DNA of 64,000 nucleotides from an uncultured Thermoleophilia bacterium (GTDB lineage Bacteria; Actinomycetota; Thermoleophilia; UBA2241). Each line of letters starts with the position of its first letter. The stretch's first letter is position 1. The position numbers and the translations under genes are program-made. Under the pieces are notes generated by a model, which ran no database searches, was not told the DNA's origin, and saw only the letters and a list, made by a program, of their open reading frames with translations. Location of the stretch: assembly GCA_963715985.1 (NCBI GenBank), contig CAVQSP010000014.1, positions 416,001-480,000 of the forward strand, read 5' to 3'. Of the stretch, positions 13,156 through 25,376 are shown piece by piece.

Positions 13156-15855
13156 ATGACCGACCACGCAGACAACGCCACACCGCCGGCCGGAGACACC
13201 TCCGCCCACCCGCCGGTCGGTCCCGACTACCTTCGCGAGACCACCCGCTTCGAGCCCGGCGCTGTGGAAGCACGCTGGACGGAGGAGTGGCTCGGCTCGC
13301 ACCTCTTCCACGCCGAGCCCGATGCGGACCGCCGGCCGTACTCCATCGTCATCCCGCCGCCCAACGTCACCGGCAACCTCCACATGGGCCACGCCCTCAA
13401 CGGCACCATCCAGGACGTCCTGACCCGCTACCACCGCATGCTCGGCGAGAACGCCTGCTGGCTGGTGGGCACCGACCACGCCGGCATCGCCACGCAGAAC
13501 GTGGTCGAGAAGCTGCTCCGCACGGAGGGCCTCACCAAGGAGGACCTCGGTCGCGAGGAGTTCGCCAGGCGTGTGTGGGCCTGGCGCAAGGAGTACGGCG
13601 GCACCATCATCCGCCAGCTCAAGAGCCTCGGGTGCTCGTGTGACTACGAGCGCGAGCGGTTCACCTTCGACGAGGGCTACGTCCGCGCCGTGACCAGGGT
13701 GTTCGTGGCGCTGTACGAGAAGGGGTACATCTACAAGGACTCCTACCTGGTGAACTGGTGCCCGCGCTGCGGGACGGCCATCAGCGACCTCGAGGTCGCC
13801 TACAAGGACATGCCGGGCACGCTGAACTACATCCGCTACCCCGTGGACGGCGGCGGCTCCGTGACCATCGCCACCACGCGTCCGGAGACGATGCTCGGCG
13901 ATACGGCTGTGGCCGTGCACCCCGACGACGAGCGGTACAAGGATGTCGTCGGCAAGACGGCCACCCTGCCGCTGCTGGACCGCGAGCTGAAGATCGTCGC
14001 CGACGAGCGTGTGGACCCTGCCTTCGGCACGGGCGCCCTCAAGATCACGCCGGCGCACGACCTCACCGACTTCGACATCGGCCGCACGCACGGGCTCGAG
14101 GCCGTCCAGGCCATCGGCCAGGACGGCCGCATCACCGCGGCCGGCGGCCCCTACGCCGGGCTGGAGGTCGAGGTGGCCGCGGAGCGCGTGGTCGAAGACC
14201 TCCGTGCGCTCGGTGTGCTCGAGAAGGTCGAGGACTACCCGCACAGCGTGGCCACCTGCGACCGCTGCGGCACGCCCATCGAACCGCTCATCAGCGAGCA
14301 GTGGTTCATGCGCATGGACGAGCTCAAGGCGCCCGCCACGGACGTGGTGCGGGACGGCCGGGTCACGTTCACGCCCGAGCGCTGGGGCCGCGTCTACATC
14401 GACTGGATGGAGAACCTGCGTCCCTGGTGCATCAGCCGCCAGCTCTGGTGGGGGCACCAGCTGCCGGTGTGGTACTGCGAGAGCGAGGCCTGCCGCGAGA
14501 CCATCGTGGCCGAGACGGAGCCGGGCGCCTGTCCACGCTGCGGCGGGACGGCGCTGCGCCGCGAGACCGACGTGCTCGACACGTGGTTCAGCTCCGCCCT
14601 CTGGCCGTTCGCCACGTGGGGATGGCCGGACGAGACGGCCGACCTCGCGTACTTCTACCCGACGAACCTGCTCAGCACGGCGCGCGAGATCATCTTCCTG
14701 TGGGTGGCGCGCATGGTGATGATGGGCCTCGAGTTCCTCGAAGAGGTGCCGTTCCACGACGTCTACATCCACTCGGTCATCCAGGCGCCCGACGGTCGCC
14801 GCATGAGCAAGAGCCTGGGCACCGGCATCGACCCGCTGGAGATGATCGACAAGTACGGTGCCGACGCCACCCGCTTCGCTCTGCTCCTCATGAGCAGCAC
14901 GCAGGACGTGCGCTTCAGCGAGGAGAAGATCGTCATGGGCCGCGGCTTCGCCAACAAGCTGTGGAACGCCTCGCGGCTCGTGCTGCTGGCCAGCGAGGGG
15001 TACGCGGCCGAGCGCAGCGAGGCGCACCAGGTGGACCGCTGGATCACGAGCCGCTTCCAGCGCTGCCTGGCGGAGGTGGAGGCGGCGGTCACCAGGTACG
15101 ACTTCGCCGCCGCCGTCGACGCCCTGTACCACTTCGTGTGGGACGAGTTCTGCGACTGGTACCTCGAGCTCGTGAAGGTGCGCCTGTACGGCGAGGACGA
15201 GGTGCAGAAGGCGCAGGCCGCCGGCCACGCGCGCTGGCTGCTGTGCCAGGTGGTCCGCCTGCTCCACCCGTTCCTGCCGTTCGTCACGGAAGAGGTCGCG
15301 GCGCAGTACGGCGAAGCGCCGCTGCTCGAGCGAGACCACCCGCTGCACGACGAGGCGCTGCTGGCGCCGGCCGACGAGGCCGCCGTCGGTGAGCTGCAGG
15401 CCGTGGTCGAGGCCCTGCGCAGGTTCCGCGCGGAGGCGCAGGTGCCGCCCGGCAAGGTGCTCGCGGCCGTCTTCGTGGGCGAGGAGGGGGCGGCCGCCGC
15501 TCAGGACGGCGCCGCGGTGCGCTACGCGCCGTACGCCGGCGCCTTCCGCGCCCTGGCCCGCACCGAGATCAGCTTCGACGGCTCGCCCGAGGCCGGCGCC
15601 ACCGTGGTGCTCGTGCCCGGCGGCCGCCTCGAAGTGGCGGCCGCCGTGGACAAGGCCGAGGAGATGGCCCGTCTCGAGCAGCAGCTCGCCAAGGTACAGG
15701 CCGAGGTCCAGCGCGGCGAGGCCAAACTGGCCAACGAGGGCTTCACCGGGCGCGCCCCCGAGGCCGTGGTGGCCAAGGAGCGCGACAAGCTCGCCGGCTA
15801 CGTGGCCGACCGCGCCGAGCTGGCCGCGCGGCTCGCCGAGCTGCGCGAGGGCTGA
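13156..15855 (+). CDS. valS: Valine--tRNA ligase
   Basis: PPPNVTGNLHMGHA (HIGH), WCISRQLWWGH, DVLDTWFSS, RMSKS (KMSKS), C-terminal coiled coil. Confidence 0.98.
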   Translation: MTDHADNATPPAGDTSAHPPVGPDYLRETTRFEPGAVEARWTEEWLGSHLFHAEPDADRRPYSIVIPPPNVTGNLHMGHALNGTIQDVLTRYHRMLGENACWLVGTDHAGIATQNVVEKLLRTEGLTKEDLGREEFARRVWAWRKEYGGTIIRQLKSLGCSCDYERERFTFDEGYVRAVTRVFVALYEKGYIYKDSYLVNWCPRCGTAISDLEVAYKDMPGTLNYIRYPVDGGGSVTIATTRPETMLGDTAVAVHPDDERYKDVVGKTATLPLLDRELKIVADERVDPAFGTGALKITPAHDLTDFDIGRTHGLEAVQAIGQDGRITAAGGPYAGLEVEVAAERVVEDLRALGVLEKVEDYPHSVATCDRCGTPIEPLISEQWFMRMDELKAPATDVVRDGRVTFTPERWGRVYIDWMENLRPWCISRQLWWGHQLPVWYCESEACRETIVAETEPGACPRCGGTALRRETDVLDTWFSSALWPFATWGWPDETADLAYFYPTNLLSTAREIIFLWVARMVMMGLEFLEEVPFHDVYIHSVIQAPDGRRMSKSLGTGIDPLEMIDKYGADATRFALLLMSSTQDVRFSEEKIVMGRGFANKLWNASRLVLLASEGYAAERSEAHQVDRWITSRFQRCLAEVEAAVTRYDFAAAVDALYHFVWDEFCDWYLELVKVRLYGEDEVQKAQAAGHARWLLCQVVRLLHPFLPFVTEEVAAQYGEAPLLERDHPLHDEALLAPADEAAVGELQAVVEALRRFRAEAQVPPGKVLAAVFVGEEGAAAAQDGAAVRYAPYAGAFRALARTEISFDGSPEAGATVVLVPGGRLEVAAAVDKAEEMARLEQQLAKVQAEVQRGEAKLANEGFTGRAPEAVVAKERDKLAGYVADRAELAARLAELREG

Positions 15856-15856
15856 C

Positions 15857-17197
15857 GTGGCCGCTGCGGGCGGCGCCGGCTCCGCCGGGTGGGCGGCCTA
15901 TCTCGAGTCGCTCGCGGTCTTCGGCATGCGGCCAGGTCTGGAACGCGTCGCCGCGCTTCTGGAGCGCCTGGGGCGCCCACAGGACGCGTACCGCGTCGTT
16001 CACGTCGTGGGCACCAACGGCAAGTCGTCCACCACGCGCTACTGCGAGGCGCTGTTGCGCGCCCACGGGTTGCGCTCGGGCGCCTACCTCTCGCCGCACA
16101 TCTCGGGCTGGGCGGAGCGCATCGTGGTCGACGGCCGGCCTGTGGACGCCGGCCTCTTCGGGCGCTGCGTGGAGTCCGTGCGCGAGCAGGTGTGCGGCCT
16201 TCCCGCAGAGCTCGGCGCGACCACGCAGTTCGAGGTGCTCACCGTGGCCGCGCTGCTGGCGCTGGCGGAGAGCGGGGTGGAGGGCGTCGCGCTCGAGGCC
16301 GGCCTGGGCGGCCGTCTGGACGCCACCAACGTCGTCACGGCGCCGGTCGTCGTGCTCACCAACATCGCCCTCGAGCACACCGAGGTACTCGGTGACACGC
16401 GCGAGCTGATCTTCGCGGAGAAGGCGGCGGTCATCAAGGGCGGCGACGCCGTGTTCGGGCCGCTGGACGGCCTCGAGGACGAGGCGCGCGTCGCGTGCAC
16501 CGCCACCGGCGCGGGGCCGCACTTCCTGCGCGCCGCGGACCATGCTGTGCTGGAGGCCGGAGATCTCCGTGCGACCGGCACCCCGGCGGACTTCACCGTG
16601 ACGCTGGAGACCGATGCCGGTCCCGAGCAATGGGCCGGCCTCGCTGTGCCCACGCCCGCGCTCTACCAGGTGAGCAACGCGGCGCTGGCCGTGGCCGCGG
16701 TCCGGCTCCTGCTCGGACGGCTCGACGGATCTGCGGCGCGGCGAGCCCTGGCCGGCACCGCCGTGCCCGGGCGCCTCCAGAAGGTCGCCGAGCATCCGCT
16801 GGTGCTCGCCGACGGCGCCCACAACCCCGACGGCGTGCGCGTGCTTGCGCAGAGCCTGGCCGCCGTCGAGCTCCCGCGGCCCTGCGTCGGCGTCCTGGCC
16901 ATCATGCGCGACAAGGACTACCCGGCGATGCTGGAGCGCTTCCTGCCCCTGCTGGACGAGGTGGTGTGCACGCAGGCCCGAGAGCCGCGGAGCCTCGCGG
17001 CCGAGGACCTGGCCGCCGCGCTGCGCGCGGCGGCTCTCCGCCTCGGCCGCGCGGAGCCGCCGGTGCACGTGCGTGCGGACCCTCACGCCGCGCTGTCGCG
17101 GGCGAGGGAGCTCGCGGGACGCGAGGGTTCGGTGCTCGTGGGCGGCTCGCTCTACCTGCTGGAAGACCTCAGCGATGTGGTGACGCCGGCTCCCTGA
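15857..17197 (+). CDS. folC: Folylpolyglutamate synthase/dihydrofolate synthase
   Basis: HVVGTNGKSST, SPH, LEAGLGGRLDATNV, DGAHNPDG, GSLYL; classic valS-folC adjacency. Confidence 0.95.
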   Translation: MAAAGGAGSAGWAAYLESLAVFGMRPGLERVAALLERLGRPQDAYRVVHVVGTNGKSSTTRYCEALLRAHGLRSGAYLSPHISGWAERIVVDGRPVDAGLFGRCVESVREQVCGLPAELGATTQFEVLTVAALLALAESGVEGVALEAGLGGRLDATNVVTAPVVVLTNIALEHTEVLGDTRELIFAEKAAVIKGGDAVFGPLDGLEDEARVACTATGAGPHFLRAADHAVLEAGDLRATGTPADFTVTLETDAGPEQWAGLAVPTPALYQVSNAALAVAAVRLLLGRLDGSAARRALAGTAVPGRLQKVAEHPLVLADGAHNPDGVRVLAQSLAAVELPRPCVGVLAIMRDKDYPAMLERFLPLLDEVVCTQAREPRSLAAEDLAAALRAAALRLGRAEPPVHVRADPHAALSRARELAGREGSVLVGGSLYLLEDLSDVVTPAP

Positions 17198-17264
17198 GGG
17201 CGCTCGGGCTCGGTTGTGAGGCCTACCCCGTCGGATATACTGGCGCAAACTCGTGGAGGGTGGA

Positions 17265-17411
17265 ATGGCACAGAAGAGAGCGCACCCGGCGGTGCGGTTC
17301 CTCGTCGCGTTCCTGATCGTCATCGCCGTCGCGTTCGTCGCTTTCTTCGTCGGGTACCTCCTCGGTATGCGACTCGCCGTGCTGCCCCTGGGGGCCCTGG
17401 GTCTGCTCTAG
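17265..17411 (+). CDS. Small membrane protein (48 aa), below the ORF-track cutoff
   Basis: TATACT at 17236-17241 and SD GGAGG. Reads MAQKRAHPAVRFLVAFLIVIAVAFVAFFVGYLLGMRLAVLPLGALGLL*. Confidence 0.75.
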   Translation: MAQKRAHPAVRFLVAFLIVIAVAFVAFFVGYLLGMRLAVLPLGALGLL

Positions 17412-17460
17412 AGGTCCGGCTCGCGCCGGACGACCGTGCCACAGGCCGCGGGAGGCGCAC

Positions 17461-18940
17461 ATGAACTTCGCCGGCTCCATCACCACGCCCGCTCGCCGGC
17501 AGGACGATCCTCGTCACCGGCGCCACAGGCTACGTGGGCGGGCGCCTCGTGCCCCGTCTGCTGGCCGCCGGCCACCACGTGCGCTGCCTCGTGCGCGACG
17601 CATCCCGCTTGCAGGGCCGCGACTGGCTGCCGCACGTGGAGGTGGTCACCGGCGACGTGCTGCGGCCCGAGGGGCTCGCGGGCGCCATGGCGGGCGTCGA
17701 CGTCGCCTACTACCTCGTCCACAGCATGGCCGCCGGTGGTGACTTCCACGAACGGGACGTCGAGGCGGCGAGGGGCTTCGCCCGCGCCGCCGCCGACGCC
17801 GGTGTGACCCGCCTGGTCTACCTCGGCGGCCTCGGCGACCCCGCCACGGACCTCTCCGAGCATCTGCGCTCGCGCCAGGCCACGGGCGACGCGCTGCGCG
17901 AAGGCGGCGTGCCCGTCACCGAGTTCCGCGCCGCCGTGGTGGTGGGCTCCGGGAGCATCTCCTTCGAGATGATCCGCTACCTCACGGAGCGGCTGCCGGT
18001 GATGATCTGCCCGCAGTGGGTGTACACGCGCGTGCAGCCCATCGGCGTGGACGACCTGCTGCGGTACCTCGTCGCCACGCTGGACGTGCCGGACAGCGCG
18101 GGCACGGTGGTGGAGATCGGCGGCGCCGACGTCCGCACCTACGGCGACATGATGCTCGGCTACGCCGCCGTGCGCGGCCTGCACCGCCGCCTGCAGCCGG
18201 TGCCCGTCCTCACACCGGTGCTCTCGTCGTACTGGGTGCACCTCGTGACGCCGATCCCGTCCACCATCGCCCGGCCGCTCATCGAGGGTCTGCGCAGCGA
18301 GGTGGTCGTGCGCGACGACACCGCTCGGCGTCTGTTCCCCGGCATCCACCCGGTCGACTACGCCACGGCCGTCCGCGCCGCTGTGGCCACGCTGGAGGAC
18401 GGCGAGGTGGAGACCTCCTGGGCAGACGCCCTGGCGACCAGCCGTCGCGGCGCGGCGCCGAAGGTGTTCACGCAGGAGGCAGGCATGCTCATCGAGCGCC
18501 GCCGGCAGCACGTCGCGGCGGCGCCCGAGGACGTGTTCGCGGTCTGCCTCGGCATCGGCGGCGAGCGCGGGTACGGGTACGGTGACTGGCTCTGGGAGGT
18601 GCGGGGCGCCATGGACCGGCTGGCCGGCGGTGTCGGGCTGCGCCGCGGGCGCCGCGACCCGCGCGACCTGCGCGTGGGCGACGCCCTCGACTTCTGGCGC
18701 GTGGAGGCGGTGGTGCCGGCGCGCCTGCTGCGCCTGCGCGCCGAGATGAAGGTGCCCGGGCGCGCCTGGCTGCAGTTCGAGACCCTGCCCGAGGGCGACG
18801 GCACCCTGCTCGTGCAGACCGCCTACTTCGCGCCCAAAGGCCTGCCCGGTCTCGCGTACTGGTACGGGCTCTATCCTGTCCACGCGCGGATATTCTCGGG
18901 TATGATTGCCGCGCTGGCCGTCGGGGCCAGCCGGCCGTGA
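17461..18940 (+). CDS. Atypical SDR/NAD(P)-binding protein, YbjT-like with C-terminal DUF2867; frameshift just after the start
   Basis: SD GGAGG then ATG at 17461. ILVTGATGYVGGRL Rossmann motif, YYLVHSM, SEHLRSR, LRAEMKVPGRAWLQF. Confidence 0.85.
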
Positions 18941-19038
18941 GCGCGCCCCGGGGGCGAAGCTTCGTGCAGTCCGTGACCGGCCGTCATCGTGCAGAGGCGC
19001 CGCGTGCGACCTCGTCGACGAGCGCCTGAGGAGGTACG

Positions 19039-19560
19039 GTGCCTCACTGGATCATCGCTGCGGCGGCCAGCAGCGACAGCGCCAACCCGTTCCAGTTCGT
19101 GACGGACTTCTTCAAGTCGCCCACCTGGCACTTCGTCACCCTGATGTTCTACTTCCTCGTCGTCGTCCTCTGGCTGGCTTGCGCCTACTGGGTCTTCAAG
19201 GACGCCCGGCGCCGCATCGACGACAAGATCATCCTCACCGTGGCCGTGCTCACCGGTCTCGTGTTCGGCCCGCTCGGCCTCATCATCTACGCGATCGTGC
19301 GCCCTCCCGAACTGCTCGCGGACCGCGACTCGCGCGAACTCGAGATGCAGATGATGGAACAGCGCATCCAGGAGGAGTCGCGCTGCTCCTTCTGCAAGAC
19401 GCCGGTGCGCGACGACTATCTGGTGTGCCCCACCTGTGGCCGCCGCCTGCGCTCCACCTGCGCACAGTGCGGCAGGCCCCTCGAGCCGAACTGGCGGGTG
19501 TGCCCGTACTGCGAAGCCGACGTGCGGGGCGCTCCCTCGGCCGTGTACGACCGGCTCTGA
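19039..19560 (+). CDS. Membrane-anchored double zinc ribbon (DZR) protein
   Basis: SD GAGGAGG, two TM helices and four CxxC pairs (CSFC, CPTC, CAQC, CPYC). TATGAT -10 at 18901. Confidence 0.85.
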   Translation: MPHWIIAAAASSDSANPFQFVTDFFKSPTWHFVTLMFYFLVVVLWLACAYWVFKDARRRIDDKIILTVAVLTGLVFGPLGLIIYAIVRPPELLADRDSRELEMQMMEQRIQEESRCSFCKTPVRDDYLVCPTCGRRLRSTCAQCGRPLEPNWRVCPYCEADVRGAPSAVYDRL

Positions 19561-19668
19561 CCCGGTACGCGGGACCCTCCCGACGGGTCCTGTTCGCGGC
19601 CGGGCGCTCCGCTCCGCCGTCGTTGAGTCGCGACGCCTCGGCGCCGCCTTGATCCTGGAGGTCTCTTC

Positions 19669-20082
19669 GTGGAACGCACGTTCGTCATGGTCAAGCCCAA
19701 CGGTGTCACTCGCGGGCTTGTGGGCGAGGTCGTCGCCCGGTTCGAGCGGCGCGGCTTCGTGCTGCGGGGTATGAAGGCGCTGCGCATCGACCGCGCGCTC
19801 GCCGAGCGCCACTACGCCGAGCACGTCGGCAAGCCGTTCTTCGAGTCGCTGGCCGCCTTCATCACCTCCGGGCCGGTCGTGGCCATGGTGTGGGAAGGCC
19901 GCGACGCCGTGACCGTGGCCAGGGCCATGATGGGCGTCACCGACTCCGCCGAGGCCGCGCCCGGCACCATCCGCGGCGACTTCTCCCTGAGCAAGGAGGA
20001 GAACGTCGTGCACGGCTCCGACGGGCTCGAGAGCGCGGCCCGCGAGATCGCGCTGTTCTTCGATGAGAGCGAACTCGTCTGA
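19669..20082 (+). CDS. ndk: Nucleoside-diphosphate kinase
   Basis: [30 protein letters not shown]. Confidence 0.97.
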   Translation: MERTFVMVKPNGVTRGLVGEVVARFERRGFVLRGMKALRIDRALAERHYAEHVGKPFFESLAAFITSGPVVAMVWEGRDAVTVARAMMGVTDSAEAAPGTIRGDFSLSKEENVVHGSDGLESAAREIALFFDESELV

Positions 20083-20143
20083 CGGCGACGCGTGCGGCGG
20101 GGCCGTTGGCCCGTCGCGCCGGTCGGCGCCGGCCGGCGCCGCA

Positions 20144-20746
20144 GTGAAGCTCGTGCTCGCGTCCCGCTCGCCGCAACGGGACGCGCTGCTGCGGCAGCTC
20201 GGCGTACCCTTCCGCGTGATCGTCAGCGAGCACGACGAGGACCTCCACGACGGCGATCCCGTGCGCACCGTGGAGCGCAACGCCGAGGGCAAGGCCGCGG
20301 AGGTGCTCGGGCGCGTGCGCCTGCACCCCGGTGAGCTGGTCCTCGGCGTCGACACCGTGGTCGTCATCGGCGGCCGCGTGCTCGGCAAGGCGGGCGGCGA
20401 GCAGGAGGCGGCGGAGTACCTGCGCCTGCTCGCCGGCCGCCGCCACGAGGTGTACAGCGGCCTGCACCTGCGCGACCGTGAGCGCGGCGTCACGGCGCAC
20501 GCGGTCACCGGCGTCTCGTTCCGGCCGCTCGATGAGGCGGACATCGCGCGCTATGTGGCCGCCGGCGAGTGGCGCGAGCGCGCCGGCGCCTACGCCATCC
20601 AGGGCATCGGCTCGGCGCTCGTGGCCGGGGTGGACGGTGACTACTTCAACGTTGTCGGCCTTCCGGTGGCCGAGCTCGTCACGGCGCTGGCCGCCTTCGG
20701 CGCCGCGCCGTTCTCCTGGCTCGGCCGCCCGGCGCACGACGGCTGA
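20144..20746 (+). CDS. maf: Maf-family nucleoside triphosphate pyrophosphatase
   Basis: LVLASRSPQR, GVDTVV, LGK, AGAYAIQG, NVVGLP. Confidence 0.93.
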   Translation: MKLVLASRSPQRDALLRQLGVPFRVIVSEHDEDLHDGDPVRTVERNAEGKAAEVLGRVRLHPGELVLGVDTVVVIGGRVLGKAGGEQEAAEYLRLLAGRRHEVYSGLHLRDRERGVTAHAVTGVSFRPLDEADIARYVAAGEWRERAGAYAIQGIGSALVAGVDGDYFNVVGLPVAELVTALAAFGAAPFSWLGRPAHDG

Positions 20747-21950
<1,204 letters not shown>

Positions 21951-21969
21951 CCCCGCCGCTCGCTGATTC

Positions 21970-22800
21970 GTGAATCGCCGGCGAGTACTCCGGCGGCGGA
22001 TCGTCGTTGCGGTCCTGCTGCTGCTCTGCGTCGCCATGCTCACGCTGTACTTCCGTGAGTCGGACAGCGGTGTGGTGCACGGCGTCCAGGGTGTCGTGCT
22101 GCGCGTGTTCGCGCCTCTCCAGAACGGCACCGCCCGTGCCACCAAGCCGTTCCGCGACGCCTGGAACTGGACGGGCGACCTGTTCAGCGCCAAGTCGGAG
22201 AACGCGAAGCTGAAGAAGGAAGTCGAGCAGCTTCGCGCCGGCGTCGCCCAGGAACTCACGACGCAGGACGAGAACACGCAGTTGCGCGCCATCGTAGGGC
22301 TGCAGGACGACAGGATCTTCCCGATCGACGCGCAGCTCGTCACGGCGCGCGTCGTGGCGCGGTCCACCACCGCGTGGTACTCGACGGTGACCATCGACCG
22401 CGGCAGCAGCAGCGGCATCGGCGTGTACGACGCGGTGGTCAACGGCGCCGGGCTCGTGGGCCGCGTCACCAACGTGGAGCCGGATGCCTCGCAGGTCACC
22501 CTGATCACCGACCAGCAGAGCTTCGTCGACGCGATGGTCATGCCCGGCGGCGCCCAGGGCATCGTCTCCGGGAGCGTGACCGGCGACGTCACGCTGGATT
22601 ACGTGGACAAGAACGAGAAGGTGAAGGTCGGCCAGTACGTGGTCACCTCGGGGCGCAACGGGTCCGTGTTCGTGCGCGGTATCCCCGTCGGCCAGGTGGT
22701 GGGCGTCGGCACCCAGGAGGTCGAGCTGTACCAGAGCATCGCTGTGCGCCCGTTCGTGGACTTCCGCAAGCTCGACCTCGTGCAGGTGGTCGTTCGATGA
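21970..22800 (+). CDS. mreC: Rod shape-determining protein MreC
   Basis: N-terminal TM, coiled coil (KSENAKLKKE), GLVGRV, VVTSG, GIPVG. Confidence 0.92.
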   Translation: MNRRRVLRRRIVVAVLLLLCVAMLTLYFRESDSGVVHGVQGVVLRVFAPLQNGTARATKPFRDAWNWTGDLFSAKSENAKLKKEVEQLRAGVAQELTTQDENTQLRAIVGLQDDRIFPIDAQLVTARVVARSTTAWYSTVTIDRGSSSGIGVYDAVVNGAGLVGRVTNVEPDASQVTLITDQQSFVDAMVMPGGAQGIVSGSVTGDVTLDYVDKNEKVKVGQYVVTSGRNGSVFVRGIPVGQVVGVGTQEVELYQSIAVRPFVDFRKLDLVQVVVR

Positions 22801-23358
22801 GGCTCACGCGCACAGCCGTGGACGCCGAGCCCCTGCACTGGCCGAGCCTCGCCGAGATCGCGCGTCTCGCGGTGACGCTCCTGCTCGCCCTGCGTGCTGC
22901 AGACGACGGTGGCGCCGAACATCCGCATCCTCGGCGCCAACCCCGACTTCGCGCTCATCATCGTGGTCTGCGTCGCTCTCCTGCGAGGCTCGGAGACGGG
23001 TGCCGTGTTCGGTTTTCTCACCGGCACCCTCGTGTCCATCGCCCTGATGGAGCCCTTCGGTCTCAGCGCCTTCGTCTTCGTGCTCGTCGGCTTCCTCGCG
23101 GGCCGCTATGCGGAGACCGCCGACCTCTCCGCCGGCATCGCTCCGCTGCTCAGCGTGTTCGCGGCGACCCTCATCGCGGGGGTGCTTCTCGCCATGGCGC
23201 AGTTCCTGCTCGCCCGACAGGTGCCGCTGGGGTTCTTCGTCGGGCGCGTCCTCGTGCCCTCGCTCATCCTCAACACCCTGCTGGCGGCGCCGTTCTTCCT
23301 CGTCGTGCGCTGGTGGCTCAGAGGGGCAGGTGATCTGCGTGCTGCTCGGGCCCGCTGA
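22797..23358 (+). CDS. mreD: Rod shape-determining protein MreD; frameshift near 22890
   Basis: Polytopic protein with LQTTV...PDFAL, GAVFGF and PFGLSA; lies between mreC and PBP2 with an ATGA overlap. Confidence 0.85.
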
Positions 23359-25373
23359 CGGCGGCGGTCGCCGCGACCGGCCGATCCGCACCGGTCGCCG
23401 CGACAAGCCCATCATCCAGCTGCCCTCTATCGCCCTGCGCGCCGCTGTCATCATCGGCCTCGCTCTGGTGCTGTTCGGCATCATCTTGTTCCGTCTCTGG
23501 TTCCTGCAGATCCTCAGCGGCGAGCAGTTCGAGGCGCAGGCCAACGACAACCGCCTGCGTTCGGTGAAGATCGTGGCGCCGCGCGGCAGCATCACGGACC
23601 GCAACGGCGAGGTCATCGTGGCCAACCGTCCCGGTCTGGCCGTCGGCATCCGCCTCATGGACGTCCCTGCAGACCAGCTCGACGGCGAGGTCGTGCAGCT
23701 CTCCCGCGTGCTCAAGATGAAGCCGGGCAAGATGCGCACGGAGATCGTCGACCACCTGCGCCCGAGCTGGCCGATCAGCGATCCGCCACTGCCTGTCGGC
23801 TGGTCCGCGGTGACGGCGGGCAAGGTCCCTTCTCTGGACCTGGTCGTCGTCAAGGAGGACGTGGACCGCAAGGTGGTCTCCTACCTCCTCGAGCACTCCC
23901 AGTCGTTCCCCGGCGTGGAGATCCAGAAGAGCTACCTGCGCGACTACGTCCACGGCGACCTGGCGGCGCACCTCCTCGGCAACATGGGCGAGGTCACCCG
24001 CGAGGAGCTCAAGATGCCGCGTTTCAAAGGGTATGCGGCCGGCGACGTGGTGGGCCAGGGCGGTCTGGAGTGGACCTACGACCGCTGGCTGCGCGGGCGC
24101 GACGGCGTGGCCAAGGTGGAGGTCGACGCGTTCGGCCGGCCCAAAGGCCACGACCCCGTGCCGGGCGGGCGTCTGCCCGAGCCCGGCGACACGCTGGTCA
24201 CCACGCTCGACGCCAAGGTGCAGGCGCGCGCCCAGGAGGCCCTGCAGTATGGCATCCACCTGGCGCAGACCGGCGGCTCCGTGGCCGCCAACGGCGGCGC
24301 GGCTGTGGTGCTCGACGCGAACAACGGCCAGGTGCTGGCCATGGCGAGCTACCCGACCTTCGACCCGGCCGAATGGGTGGGCGGCATCAGCAGGAAGGAC
24401 TACAAGAAGTACCGCGACCCCCACAACAACACACCGCTGCTGAACCGCGCCGATCCAGGAGTCCAAGGCCGTGGGGTCCACGTTCAAGCCCATCGACGCC
24501 ATCGCGGCGCTCGAAGAGGGCGTCATCACGCCGGGCACCTCGTTCTTCTGCCCCGGCAGCTACGTGGCACCCAACACGCTGGACAATCACAAGTTCCGCT
24601 GCTGGGCGCTTGATGGCCACGGTACCCTCGACCTGGTGCAGGCCATCACGCAGTCGTGTGACGTGTACTTCTACAACGTGGGCTACCTCTTCTATCAGCG
24701 CAAGGGCACCGAGCTGGAGGACTGGGCCATGCGCATGGGCATGGGCGAGCCGACGGGCATCGACGTCCCCGGTGAGGTCGCCGGACGCATCCCCACGCCC
24801 GAGTGGAAGCAATCGTACTTCGAGACCGAGATCGACAAGATCTGGAAGCCCGGCGACTCTATCCTCCTGGCCGTGGGCCAGGGCAACATGGAGGCCACGC
24901 CACTGCAGCTCGCCGTCAGCTACGCCGCCATCGCCAACGGCGGCAAGCTGGTCACGCCGCACATCGGCCTCAAAGTCGTGGACCCGCAGGGCGACACCGT
25001 GCGCACCCTGGGGACGGCCAAGCCGCGCAAGGTGGACATCTCGCAGGCTACGCTCGACACCGTTCGCACGGGTCTCGTGGACGCGGCCAACTCCGCGAGC
25101 GGCACATCGGGGGGCGTCTTCGGCGGGTATCCCGTCACGGTGGCGGGCAAGACCGGCACCGCCGAGGTCTACGACTCCTCCGTGATGCACAACGTGAACT
25201 ACGCCTGGTACGCCAGCTACGCGCCGGCCAACGACCCCAAGTACGTCGTCGTGGTCATGATCGAGAAGGGCGGGCACGGCGGCGCCACCGCGGCGCCCGC
25301 GGCCCGCCTCATCTACGACCAGCTCTTCGACCTCCAGAGCGACAGGTCCGGCGGGGTCACGAGGAGCGACTGA
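23339..25373 (+). CDS. mrdA: Penicillin-binding protein 2; frameshift near 24460
   Basis: RLWFLQI, APRGSITDRNG, SxxK (STFK), SCD, KTG. Confidence 0.92.
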
Positions 25374-25376
25374 CGC

